This document shows, in pieces, positions 1-11,836 of a stretch of DNA of 46,432 nt. The stretch is taken from positions 1-46,432 of the forward strand of contig JAUCBJ010007814.1 of the NCBI GenBank assembly GCA_032718475.1. The letters are read 5' to 3'. How positions within the stretch are numbered: position 1 is the first letter of the stretch; every line of letters begins with the position of its first letter. The position numbers were made by a program, and so were the translations under genes. This DNA is from Nemertoderma westbladi (taxonomy: Eukaryota; Animalia; Xenacoelomorpha). Under the pieces are notes generated by a model. The model saw only the letters and a list, made by a program, of their open reading frames with translations, ran no database searches and was not told where the DNA came from.

Positions 1-588
1 AACTGCAGTATCCACTGTAGTAAAGAGATGGTTGGGAATTAGTTTGACACATGGCGTTTGGGTAGGGCTTTGTTGTTGAGCTAATATGCGCGTGGACTGC
101 TTCGCAATACAATGCGAAAGAATGCAAACTATTGCCATACCAGATGTTTATTCTAATTTCTTGGATGAATTGATGTAATAACGAAGCTATAGGTTTGAAT
201 AATTTAAGCTCTATCGCATGCCCCATTCACGTAGGTCCCATTCACGCATTGATGTTTGGGTTAGTCATGCTACGGTTAATAAGAGCCCGAGCAGCCACAG
301 ATTATTGAGGGACTGAGCTAGGACCAAACTGGGCCGCACAGTGCCTATTGTATTGTATATTTCGTTTGTTATAGTACAATTTATTCATTTCGCGTCCCTA
401 TCTGATTGATTTGTATCAAATTAAATTGCCTTTGGCAACATTATTTGATACGAGTCGATTGATTAAACAATTAATTAATTGTTTAATCAACCAATTAATT
501 AATTGATTAATTAATTAATGACCTACTTAACACCCAAGGTGTGAAGTTGGACTAAACTGTCGCCGAAATAGGGTAAACCATTACTACT

Positions 589-1652
589 GCGGAGGCGATT
601 TTGTTCTAGTGTCAAGCTTGGGGGAACCAATGAGACACCTCCAATGTTATATAGTGTCTGGTTGGAGATGTGTGCATTGTACTTGACACAATGAACCCGG
701 CGTAGAATTCTTGTGAATGTGCCATCCAGAGATTTGGTGTCTTCAGCAGTTAGAGCCCAGCATGGACTCCCATAGAGGAGTACTGGAACTACTGCTGCTC
801 TAAATAATCGGACCTTAAGTTTCCGATTAATTCTCGGTGACTTCCAAATCCTGGAGAGCCTATTCAAGGCTGCCCATGCTTTTCCCTTACGTATTCGAAG
901 GTCCTCACCTGGCTTCCGGATCCATGATCCCAGGTAACAGAAGTCGTCCACATGCTCAAGCATACCATCCTTTGAGCTTATGCTCATCCGATCAGAGACT
1001 TGCTGAGGACTTTCAAAGTTAACTGTCAAAATTTTGGTCTTTCTGGAGTTAATAAAAAGACCAACACTAGAAGCCGCATGTTCTAATGAGCTGAGGAGCC
1101 GTTGGGCTCCCTCTAGTGACTCTAAGTCATCAGCAAAGTCTAGATCAGTTAGGTACTTGGCAGGATTTCCTCGACTTCTGGAGCCAGTAGGTGGAGTTAT
1201 CATCACCCCATCATCATTATGATGATCTAAGGACATGCGTAGAACATAGTCAACCACAATTATGAACAAGAATGGTGCAAGTGTGTCTCCCTGGAGGACG
1301 CCCCATAACACTTCAAATGGTTATGTGTCACCGTCAACAGTAGACACAAATGTTGTCGAACCATCCGTATACTGATCTGATTGCTGCAATAATTTCATCA
1401 GGAATCCCATATAATGAAAGTATGCTGAACATACGTGAGCGAGAGACTGAATCAAAGGCCGTGAAGAAGTCAACAAAGATAACAGCCAGATGCCTGTCTT
1501 TCATTTTTGATAACTCTTCACTTATCCTTCTAAGTGCCAAAATGGGCTCCATGGTCCCACGACCTTTACGGAACCCATTCTGATCTCCACGGAGCAGTCT
1601 CTCAATGGGATCCCTGATGCGATTTAATATAATTATATTGTGTAGCTTTGCA
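589..1652 (-). pseudogene. Decayed RTE-clade non-LTR retrotransposon RT fragment (frameshifted, truncated at both ends)
   Basis: RT motifs QNGFRKGR, FVDFFTAFDSV, GVLQGDTLAPFLF, DFADD and FCYLGS, plus the RTE C-terminal block (K..LFRA.V..VLLYG), split over ORFs 1334-1552 and 523-1311. Similarity to the copy at 36474-37088 stops at about 589. Confidence 0.9.
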
Positions 1653-1827
1653 GTATATCTCAGTACATTATCGCGTTCGGCATTATTCTAGTCTGTGTCT
1701 ACATACAATAGTTTAGTTCCTACATTAGCCTAGATATGTCCATTCAATCTTATATTAATAAAACATTATTGTTAAGATGATCCACCGTTACTTTAGGAAG
1801 AGACCTGTAATGCCCAAATGTATCTAA

Positions 1828-1991
1828 TGGCCATAAAGTGACCATTACTACTGTAGCTAACGGCCATATACTGACCATTACTATGTAGCTAACGGCCATA
1901 TAGTGACCATCAGGATGTAGCTAACGGCCATATAGTGACCATTATTACTACCTATAGCTAACGGCCATATATTGACCATTACTACTATAGT
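1828..1991. repeat. Short degenerate tandem repeat, about 31-36 bp unit (gaccattactactgtagctaacggccatata), about 5 copies
   Basis: tagctaacggccatata and tgaccat recur at regular spacing. Confidence 0.8.
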
Positions 1992-2229
1992 TACCCCCTT
2001 CCCCAAGCCCTGCTATCGGCGTCCAGATATTATGATCGCGGGACGGAATACCCACAATACATGACATTTGAGTTACCGGTAGTGTTTGGAGAGTAACAAT
2101 TTGATATTTATGTACTGTATTGTTGATTAAGATTTGATTAAGATTATAGAGTGGGTACAAAAGTTGAAAATAAAGTTTTATTTATTATTGCTATTTCTTA
2201 TACTGTATGACTGACTTGCAAATTTTAAT

Positions 2230-4856
2230 TAAGAGTGAAGCATGGTTGGTCAAGACAGATTTTTCCTAAGAGTGAAGCATGGTTGGTCAAGACAGATTTT
2301 TCCTAAGAGTGAAGCATGGTTGGTCAAGACAGATTTTTCCTAAGAATGAAGCATGGTTGGTCAAGACAGATTTTTCCTAAGAGTGAAGCATGGTTGGTCA
2401 AGACAGATTTTTCCTAAGAGTGAAGCATGGTTGGTCAAGACAGATTTTTCCTAAGAGTGAAGCATGGTTGGTCAAGACAGATTTTTCCTAAGAGTGAAGC
2501 ATGGTTGGTCAAGACAGATTTTTCCTAAGAGTGAAGCATGGTTGGTCAAGACAGATTTTTCCTAAGAGTGAAGCATGGTTGGTCAAGACAGATTTTTCCT
2601 AAGAGTGAAGCATGGTTGGTCAAGACAGATTTTTCCTAAGAGTGAAGCATGGTTGGTCAAGACAGATTTTTCCTAAGAGTGCAGCATGGTTGGTCAAGAC
2701 AGATTTTTCCTAAGAGTGAAGCATGGTTGGTCAAGACAGATTTTTCCTAAGAGTGAAGCATGGTTGGTCAAGACAGATTTTTCCTAAGAGTGAAGCATGG
2801 TTGGTCAAGACAGATTTTTCCTAAGAGTGAAGCATGGTTGGTCAAGACAGATTTTTCCTAAGAGTGCAGCATGGTTGGTCAAGACAGATTTTTCCTAAGA
2901 GTGAAGCATGGTTGGTCAAGACAGATTTTTCCTAAGAGTGAAGCATGGTTGGTTAAGACAGATTTTTCCTAAGAGTGAAGCATGGTTGGTCAAGACAGAT
3001 TTTTCCTAAGAGTGAAGCATGGTTGGTCAAGACAGATTTTTCCTAAGAGTGAAGCATGGTTGGTCAAGACAGATTTTTCCTAAGAGTGAAGCATGGTTGG
3101 TCAAGACAGATTTTTCCTAAGAGTGAAGCATGGTTGGTCAAGACAGATTTTTCCTAAGAGTGAAGCATGGTTGGTCAAGACAGATTTTTCCTAAGAGTGC
3201 AGCATGGTTGGCCAAGACAGATTTTTCCTAAGAGTGAAGCATGGTTGGTCAAGACAGATTTTTCCTAAGAGTGAAGCATGGTTGGTCAAGACAGATTTTT
3301 CCTAAGAGTGAAGCATGGTTGGTCAAGACAGATTTTTCCTAAGAGTGAAGCATGGTTGGTCAAGACAGATTTTTCCTAAGAGTGCAGCATGGTTGGTCAA
3401 GACAGATTTTTACTAAGAGTGAAGCATGGTTGGTCAAGACAGATTTTTCCTAAGAGTGAATCATGGTTGGTCAAGACAGATTTTTCCTAAGAGTGCAGCA
3501 TGGTTGGTCAAGACAGATTTTTACTAAGAGTGAAGCATGGTTGGTCAAGACAGATTTTTCCTAAGAGTGAATCATGGTTGGTCAAGACAGATTTTTCCTA
3601 AGAGTGAAGCATGGTTGGTCAAGACAGATTTTTCCTAAGAGTGAAGCATGGTTGGTCAAGACAGATTTTTACTAAGAGTGAAGCATGGTTGGTCAAGACA
3701 GATTTTTACTAAGAGTGAAGCATCCCAGTGAAAAATGCGCATGCGTATCGCGAGTGATTTTAAAGCGTCATGCGTTTTTATTGCGGCTCAATAAATAGCG
3801 ATAAAACTCTTGTGATTCGCATGTGAATCACATGTAAAATAGGGAAGCGATTCCACGCATGCGATTCACAACTTATTTTACGCATGTGATTCCATGCATG
3901 AAAATCGCATGCGAATCACACCTCATTTAACGCTTATTTTACGCATGTTTTACACCATGAGAATATCATGCGTTAATTCCCATATGAATCGCATGTTTAT
4001 AATTACACTAAAGATTATTAATTAAAATAAAGTTGCCTATCAAGAAATAAATAGTTTTAAAATATAAAATTGATGAATACGAATTATCTAATATGGCTGT
4101 CGAATACAGAGATTATATTAATATATTTTATAGAATAGAAAATTATAGGGAATAGTTAAAAGTGTATCATGGTTATTCTAATCTATTTGTATTATCCTCT
4201 ATATAACCAACCATTTCTAGTATTTATTCATACAGCATGTCTAATGTTCTAAGTCTAGAGAGTGTAATGTAATGTAATGTAATGTAATGTAAGGTAAGTA
4301 CAGTAGGCAGATGATACGGAAGCCCATAGTATCAAACAGTAGTGGAATAATCAACTACTGTATCATATTTTCTGTCACAAAGGTCTCAATATATTACACA
4401 AAACTCACAACCAGTAGATTTTTGCAATATTTATGCGCCATGACGCTTGAAAGTCGCAAGTGAATCGCATGCGAGTTTTATGCGACTGAACGCAAGTTGT
4501 TGTGATTTTTATGCGACTTAACGCAAGTTGTTGCGATATTTATGTGACATAACTCAAGTAAATCGCTTGCGTAAAGGTCGGGCCATAACTCTTGGGAATC
4601 ACTTGAGATACGCCTGCGTTGCACGCTTGCGATACGCTTGCGATACGCTTGCGCACTTTTCACTGGGATGGTTGGTCAAGACAGATTTTTACTAAGAGTG
4701 AAGCATGGTTGGTCAAGACAGATTTTTCCTAAGAGTGAAGCATTGTTGGTCAAGACAGATTTTTCCTAAGAGTGAAGCATGGTTGGTCAAGACAGATTTT
4801 TCCTAAGAGTGAAGCATGGTTGGTCAAGACGGTTGGTCAAGACAGATTTTTCCTAA
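2230..4856. repeat. 37-bp tandem satellite (AAGAGTGAAGCATGGTTGGTCAAGACAGATTTTTCCT), about 40 + 5 copies, split by a MITE
   Basis: Period 37 (2231 to 2268); near-identical head-to-tail units with no spacers. Confidence 0.97.
3724..4667. mobile_element. Non-autonomous TIR DNA transposon (MITE), CACTA/EnSpm(CMC)-like
   Basis: Termini CCCAGTGAAAA...TTTTCACTGGG, imperfect TIR of about 28 bp with 2 mismatches. 2-bp TSD AT (3722-23 and 4668-69); removing the element restores the satellite unit. Subterminal CGCATG/TGCGA repeats, internal (AATGT)n, no ORF. The superfamily is inferred from the CCC termini plus 2-bp TSD. Confidence 0.88.
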
Positions 4857-5230
4857 TTATGAAACTTATTTCTAAATAATAGTAATTTAAATAATTGAAA
4901 TTCTCAAAACCAAATTATTTGCTCTACGTGACGTTAAACACAATTATCAAGCATTGTGTTCACTTTCCCAATTTTTCCTCAACTCTTTAATCTTATTTAG
5001 ACCGAGACAGGGGGGGGGGGGGGGGGGGGGGGGTATCATTATATTGACTATTTTTCCATTATGTATCATTATATTGATTATTATTCCATTACGTATCACA
5101 TTCGTATTGTTATTTTCACAATTTTTTGCTTCAAGAATTGCTCTACGCTTTTTTTCTGAATTGGAGTTGATCTAATGCAACTATAAAATAAGAAATTATA
5201 TTTATGGGGCGCCGTTAATGCAAAAAGGTA

Positions 5231-5777
5231 TGTTAGCTTATTCAATCCCGCTAACACCCCATAAAGTTAAGCCGATAAGCAATATTGGGGGCCACGAGAT
5301 TGGGTAATCAACCAACTCGTGCCACCCCAATAAAATGGGAAGGAGAAACACAATGAGGGTCAGGGGCCAAACCCCTAACCCAGAGAGAACAGGTGGAGTG
5401 AACGGAAACACTCCAAAGGGCGCCAACAAGGGTATCAACCAATCAGAGGGGGGAAAGGCATCGATTAGGTAGAGTAACAAGGCCAACCGTGCAATATAGC
5501 CACTTGGCAGTAATCATTTCAGTTCAGTTATCTCAGTATCATATTGGTGCTAGTTAGGTTAGTTAGTTTAGCTAGGGAAGGACCGGGACTTTAATTACCG
5601 TATCCCGCCTTCTGTATACGACAACATTATTCATATACCTATATCTATATACCCTATATCTATATCAGTTATTATATACGACGAACGACACGAACTCCTT
5701 TCACCTTTCATACACACGGCGGGGACGCGTGAACTAAACAACCGGATAAACCGGGATCCTTCCTGGATCCCGTCACA
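5231..5777 (+). repeat. 5' LTR of the BEL/Pao element
   Basis: Direct repeat of 17083-17629 with 2 substitutions; CCAAT, a TATA-like AATATA at about 5493 and TCAGTT initiator-like motifs at about 5519-5529. Confidence 0.97.
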
Positions 5778-5840
5778 GTAATTAAACTCAAAGCTGCCGC
5801 CCTAGCTAGCTAAACCACCAGCCACCAATCACCAAGCGAG

Positions 5841-8800
5841 ATGAGCCAGTCGGGAGAGACAACGCCGACGCGGACCCCGGACGAAGAATTAACGATCCGC
5901 GAGGCCGCAACCAGGCGGTACAGGCCCACAACGCCGGACCCATCGGTAACGGGTCATCCGGCAGTCCAGGATGAGGGGGGCCGCCTGGAACCCGAGGTCG
6001 AGCCAAGAGAAGGAGAGAGCGAGACGGAGGGAGACGGAGACGAGTCGACACGAGACGTGGGTCGACGTACCGATGTCGCCGGCCAGCCACAGGCCGAGGG
6101 CGACGAGCGGCCCACCGAAACGGCGACGGTGGGGCCGACGGTACGACGCCGGACCCGAAGAGACGGAGGAGATGTCGGTACCGATGTCGCCGGCCAGCCA
6201 CAGGCCGAGAGCGACGAGCGGCCCACCGAAACGGCGACGGTGGGGCCGACGGTACGACGCCGGACCCGGAGAGACGGACGAGAGGTCGGCGACGAGGACG
6301 TCGGGGTTTCTGATCGACTTCGACGGGCCTACAACGCGACCCGGAGACTATTAGAGGAGGCCAGAGGAGGGGCGACGATAGACAAGGTAAAACTAAAGAG
6401 AAGACTAGGTGAGTCGAATAGACACTTTTATTATCTAATGCGCTTCGGGCAAAGAGGACTGGCCGAGGAGAGAGCGAGAGGGGTTGCCGAGGAACTGTAT
6501 GACTTATGGCGGTATAGGGGTATAGAACCTAGCGTAGTGTACGTAGGGCCGTACTTAGTCGATGCCCGGGGAGTAAAATTAGTGGGTTGGGAGAGACCTG
6601 AGGAGGACGAATCCGAGGTTAACCCCGAGGATTCAGCCTCGTCGGTCGGAGGAAGTTCCGGGAGGCGGGGGAAGGTTAGTAGGACGGGGAGGCGGAGGGA
6701 ATCCGTTACAACCGATAAGTCTGCTACATCCTCCGTGAAAGAAAGACGGGTGAGAGATATAAATGCCGCGTACCGTCTCGATTTAATAGAGCAAGGTCAA
6801 AGGGAAGTAGGTAGACGGTTAGAGGAGGGGAGAGTGCTGCTAGAGAGGGAAATGGCGTTGATTAAGGAAACCGGAGAGAGGGCCGAAAGGGCCGCGAGAA
6901 GCCTTAGGGAGTGTGAGGAAGTAGGGAGGAAGGAACAAGAAGAGCGCGAGGAGAGAGAGAAAAACGAGCGCAAAGAGCGTGAGGCGGAACGTAGGGAGCG
7001 CGAGGCGAGAGAGAAAACTGAGCGCAAAGAGCGTGAGGCGGAACGTAGGGAACGCGAGGTGAGAGAGAAAAATGAGCGCGAAGAGCGTGAGGCGGAACGT
7101 AGGGAACGTGAGGCGAAAGAGGAAAACGAGTGCAGAGAGCGCGAGGAGAGAAGGGAAAATGAACGCAGAGAGCGCGAGGAGAGGGAGGAAAACGAACGCA
7201 GGGAGCGTGAGGCGAGACGAAGGGAGGGGGCTAGAAGAGAGTTGGAATTGGCCGAACGGGACGCACGGGAGTGTAAAGAGAGGATGGCAAGGAAGGAGTG
7301 TGAGCAAAAGGAACTAGAGAAACGTCAAGGTGAGCTTACAGGGTACAAAGCTGTACATACGCGCGAACGGGAATTGGCGCGAGTAGGGGCGTCTGAGAGT
7401 GGGACTAGCTCGAGTATTTTCGAGGAGCCAGGGGCCGTGGATACATTTATTAATATCCCACTTACAGGGACCGCACGACAGACCCAAGACTGGTGTGACC
7501 GTACGGGCGGGGGGGGGGGGGGGGGGTAATAATAATGCTATAGTAGACATCGTTAATATTAATAGTACCGTATGGGATAACTCTAACCAAACCTTTATTG
7601 CAGCAAATAATGCTTTACCTAGTAGCAGTAATTTAAATTTAAGTACAAATAATAATTTCAATTTGAACGTGCAAAATAATTCAAATAATTTAAATAATGA
7701 TCCAAGTCCGAATTTACAAAATAATTCAAATGATTTTGTTTCAAACGAACAAATTAATTCCGTTTCCAATATGGGTGCTATTAACATGAACACGTCGGGC
7801 GTGTATGGCCAGGCAGACGGGGGCCTGGTAGGCCGTACAATTGGTAGGTCGGAAGTGGCGGGATTGAGCCAACCCAGAGAGGGCCTGGTAGGCCACGTAG
7901 TTGATAGGCAGGGAGCGGCTGGGTTGGACAGACCCAGCGAGGGCCTGGTAGGCCACGTAGTTGGTAGGCAGGGAGTAGAGGGCCTGGTAGGCCACGCAAT
8001 AGCAGAGGGGGAGGCGGGGGTGAATAGACCCGACCGCGGTAGGGTTGATGTGTCGACTAGAGAGGGATATAGTAGCGGGGTGAGGGATAGCAAAGTTAGA
8101 TGTGGCGAGTGGGGGGGGGGGGGCTACAGGGGCCCCACAACAGCGAGTTAGCGGCGAAAGGGGGGGGGGCAGGGAGTGCTCCACAGCCGTCAGCGGACAA
8201 TGCGCGGGCCAAAATAGGTAAACCGCAACATCCGGTGACGGAGAGTAATAGGGGGATTGCGAGTATCCCCAGCGGCGTGCGACCGAGCAGAGAGAGACAG
8301 GTTGACGTCGCGAGAGGGCGGACGAAGCGTCGAGCCCGATCAGAAGAGGGAAGAAGAACAGTGGGGTTTAACCGGGAGGTCGACGAGAGATCTCACGAGC
8401 GGGAATACTACACTGGAGGGAGAGGAAGAGAAGACAGTAGTAAAAGTATCGCCGCGAACGATAGAAGAGCGAGGACGGATAGCGAGCCGTCGGTAGTCGA
8501 GATGAGAATGGAGAGTCAGTGGGGTCGGACTCCGGGAGATTGCCGTCTCCCCGGAGAGATGCGACCTGGTGAGGTGCATTATGCGCCGATGGAGGGGTAC
8601 GTGATGTACCGGTACGAAGACGAGAACAGTAGAGAAGGGGGATGAAGAGAAACTTTCCGACGGAATATACCTACTGATCGAGAATACGGTAGCCGCGGGG
8701 AGGATTATTCGAGAAGAATAAACTTCGATCTCGAGCGACACATGCAGACTGTAGGACATACTGTAGGCCTTACTGCACATACCATAGGCCATACTGAGAG

Positions 8801-9045
8801 AAGCAATGTAGGCGATAGGATAGCGCGGACAATGGGATTAAACCCGGAAGTCGCGGAATACATACCGGCGGGTAGGCCAGAAGCTGATAGGCCTATACTG
8901 GTACCAGTACAGCAGTATGACTACAGCATGCAGGGACATAACATATACCCAGGGGAGGGGGGAATTATTGCGGATAGGTGTATGGGCCCCAACATATTAA
9001 CATCAACCCCAGTACCAAACATACCGGTGGGGGGGGGGGGGGGGG
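5841..9045 (+). pseudogene. Long low-complexity N-terminal extension of BEL gag, broken into several frames
   Basis: ORFs 5841-7529, 7399-8151, 8100-8645 and 8742-9092 join mostly at G homopolymers. They contain a 37-aa direct duplication (111 bp), an E/R coiled-coil repeat, an Asn-rich tract and GLVGH repeats. Confidence 0.7.
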
Positions 9046-11836
9046 ACAGGGTGACATTCCCCCATCACAATATCAACAATATACCCCGATAGGAGCAAGA
9101 ACAACGAGACCCTTGGATGAAAATAGGTCGTGTGACACAGAGATATGGAGGGGGCCGCTACCCCCGATGACATACCCAAGTCAAAGAAGATCAAGAAATA
9201 GGACGGACGAACCGCACCAGACAGGAGAAACTATACAGCATCCATCGAACCCATTGGAAGTGCAGGCGATGGGGATGGCCACGTTGATCGATGTGTTGAA
9301 AACGAGGATCGAGTTACCACCCGTGGAACCATTCAAATTCGATGGGAGTAGGCCGGAAGAATATCTACAGTTTCGGCGCATGTATAGTAACGAAATACTA
9401 ACAAAAAACTTGACGCAGGCGGAGTGCCTAAAGTATCTGCAAGTATACACGGGAGGCCCAGCATACGATATCGTGAGGCAATATCAAGGAATAGAGGGCG
9501 GCTTCACGACAGCGTGGCGGGCACTGGACAGGGAATACGGGCACCCGGCCAAGATCATCAGACAGACACTGAGAGGCATAACATCGGGTGGCCTACAGGA
9601 TAATCCCGTTAGCATTAAGACATTCGCTAATAAAGTCGAAAAGGCGCTAATCGTGCTGAAGACGCTAGACGCGCCATACGAGCTCAACGCGTCCAATAAC
9701 ATCACCACGATAGCACAGGCACTACCGAACTGGCTGCGCAACAAGTGGAGGAAGATCGCTTTCTCCACTCGAGACAAGAAGGGTGTGGAACCGGGTTTAG
9801 AAGAAATGTCAAGCTTCTTAAACTACGAGGCTGAACTAATAACTGACCCAGTCTATAGCGAAGATAGCCTGGGAAAGGGACCGAAGACGGATTACCATAG
9901 ACTGAAACCAGAGCACAATACATCAAACGCATTACCGAGGCTCAGGCAATCATTGCCATATGCAGCGACGCAGGGGACTGCAAGTCCACAGCTAGCCGAA
10001 GATAAGACAACACCATGGAACGGACAGGGGAACAATAACAACACGAATAAATATAACCCCAGTACGTCCAGTAGGCCGAATCCAAACAATAAGAATAGTA
10101 GGGACTTTGGTACAAACGCAGCTGCGATACGCAATGCACTGTATAAAGAGGGCTACGACCCAAAGAGCAAATGCCAGCTACACGCAAATGCGCTTCATCA
10201 AACCATGAACTGCAGGTACTGGCAGGCGCTACCTAGGCAAGATCAGATAGATTATACGTTGAGCAACAAAATCTGCTCGCGATGTGTAATGAGTGGACAT
10301 AGAGCAAGGGAGTGCAAGGAGAAGCCGGTAAAGTTTGGTCAGAGGAGAGGCCAGACGATGGCGACGAGCACAGTAGGGGCGAAGAAGAGAGGAACGGTGT
10401 TACTTGGAGTAGTACCCGTGCGAGTGATTGGGGAAGGCAATCGATCAGTAACAACACTAATGCTGGTTGATAGTGGAGCTGCCTTCACATTAGTCGAGGA
10501 ATGGGTGGCCGAAGAGATAGGATTGAGAACAAGGCCAAGCAGAATGGCGGTAACAACCATCTCTAGCAAAGATGAGATCCTGGAGATGAGAACAGGACGG
10601 TGCGCAATTGCAGCGGTGGCACCGGGATGCGACTATGGGGCAACCATCGACCCCATCCAAGTAATAGAGTCAATTAATATCAATGCCAGGCGGCCAACCA
10701 ACTTCGAGGTCGAGCAATATAAATTCCTGGACGACATTGACTTCTCAATCCCAGATGTGGACGTTAGGAAGGTATCCATCATAGTAGGAATGGACTGCCC
10801 AACGGCCCACGAAAGAATGCAAACGGTCTTAGGCGAAGACAAGCAGTGTGACCCGGTGGCGATATTAACACCATTCGGGTGGACGCTGAGTGGCCCAATC
10901 AAGAGCAAGATACCATTTAGGATGTCGGAGACATCAGGATGCATGTTCGCGGGAACAATGCAGGAAATGGGTGATGAGGGAGCAGAGGAGCAGCTTAAAA
11001 GACTGCTCAGACAAGATTTCGAGGGACTAAAAGAGACCGGGGTCGGGACCTCGGTAGAAGACAAGCAGGCTTTACAAAGCGTGGAGGAATCGATGACATG
11101 CAATGAGGGGCAGTATACTATAGGAATGGTATGGAAACTACCGAAGATACCGCTGCCCGATAATAGAGGGATGGTACTCACGAGACTCCGCAAGCTGAAA
11201 CAAACACTAAAACGGAGCCCCGAGAAGAATGAGTACATCCACAGAACGATTAAGAAGTACGTCGAGAAAGGATGGGCCGTGGAGTTACCAGTCGACGAGC
11301 CGAACACGGACAGGACATATTACCTGCCACTCCACGTGGCTTTAGACCCAAAGAAAGGTAAACTACGGATGGTAGTCGACGCATCGGCAAAGACCGACGG
11401 AAAATGCTTAAACGACTACCTGTTAGAAGGCCCGAACATATACAACTCGGGCATAGAGGTCCTACTTAGATTTAGGAATGGGAAACACGCCTTCACGTGC
11501 GACATAGAAGGCATGTTCAACCAAGTCCGTGTAACGGAGGAAGATAGCGACAGTCAGCACTTCTTATGGTATAACGGCGAGGAAGAACCGTCGATAATAC
11601 CGGCATATAAGATGGTAGTACAAAACATGGGGGCCAAGTCGTCTTCATTTACGACGACTATGGCAGTGAGAGATACAGTGAAGGGGAAGGAAGATAGATA
11701 CAGCACTAGGGCCGTCGATATGATTCGACGCGGCTTCTACGTAGACGACGGAATGGAGTCTGGAAACACGGTTAAGGAGATACTGGACACAGGGCGCGAG
11801 GTTCGCGACATCCTAAAGGATCCGGCTTTAACCTGA
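8978..11836 (+). CDS. BEL/Pao gag-protease-reverse transcriptase segment
   Basis: DUF1759-like PPVEPFKFDG, zinc knuckle CSRCVMSGHRAREC, aspartic protease LVDSGA, RT YYLPLH...RMVVDAS...CLND.L..GP...DIEGMF.Q...FYVDD. Frameshifted at about 11820 before GFNLTKF. Confidence 0.93.
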   Translation: MYGPQHININPSTKHTGGGGGGGQGDIPPSQYQQYTPIGARTTRPLDENRSCDTEIWRGPLPPMTYPSQRRSRNRTDEPHQTGETIQHPSNPLEVQAMGMATLIDVLKTRIELPPVEPFKFDGSRPEEYLQFRRMYSNEILTKNLTQAECLKYLQVYTGGPAYDIVRQYQGIEGGFTTAWRALDREYGHPAKIIRQTLRGITSGGLQDNPVSIKTFANKVEKALIVLKTLDAPYELNASNNITTIAQALPNWLRNKWRKIAFSTRDKKGVEPGLEEMSSFLNYEAELITDPVYSEDSLGKGPKTDYHRLKPEHNTSNALPRLRQSLPYAATQGTASPQLAEDKTTPWNGQGNNNNTNKYNPSTSSRPNPNNKNSRDFGTNAAAIRNALYKEGYDPKSKCQLHANALHQTMNCRYWQALPRQDQIDYTLSNKICSRCVMSGHRARECKEKPVKFGQRRGQTMATSTVGAKKRGTVLLGVVPVRVIGEGNRSVTTLMLVDSGAAFTLVEEWVAEEIGLRTRPSRMAVTTISSKDEILEMRTGRCAIAAVAPGCDYGATIDPIQVIESININARRPTNFEVEQYKFLDDIDFSIPDVDVRKVSIIVGMDCPTAHERMQTVLGEDKQCDPVAILTPFGWTLSGPIKSKIPFRMSETSGCMFAGTMQEMGDEGAEEQLKRLLRQDFEGLKETGVGTSVEDKQALQSVEESMTCNEGQYTIGMVWKLPKIPLPDNRGMVLTRLRKLKQTLKRSPEKNEYIHRTIKKYVEKGWAVELPVDEPNTDRTYYLPLHVALDPKKGKLRMVVDASAKTDGKCLNDYLLEGPNIYNSGIEVLLRFRNGKHAFTCDIEGMFNQVRVTEEDSDSQHFLWYNGEEEPSIIPAYKMVVQNMGAKSSSFTTTMAVRDTVKGKEDRYSTRAVDMIRRGFYVDDGMESGNTVKEILDTGREVRDILKDPALT

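Noticed and set aside
2230-4856. CRISPR array (37-bp repeat)
   Set aside because: Units are head-to-tail with no unique spacers, there are no cas genes, and the context is eukaryotic.
5238-5486. 82-aa hydrophobic minus-strand ORF (also at 17090-17338)
   Set aside because: It is an antisense reading of the LTR U3 with a TTG start; the duplication simply reflects the two LTRs.
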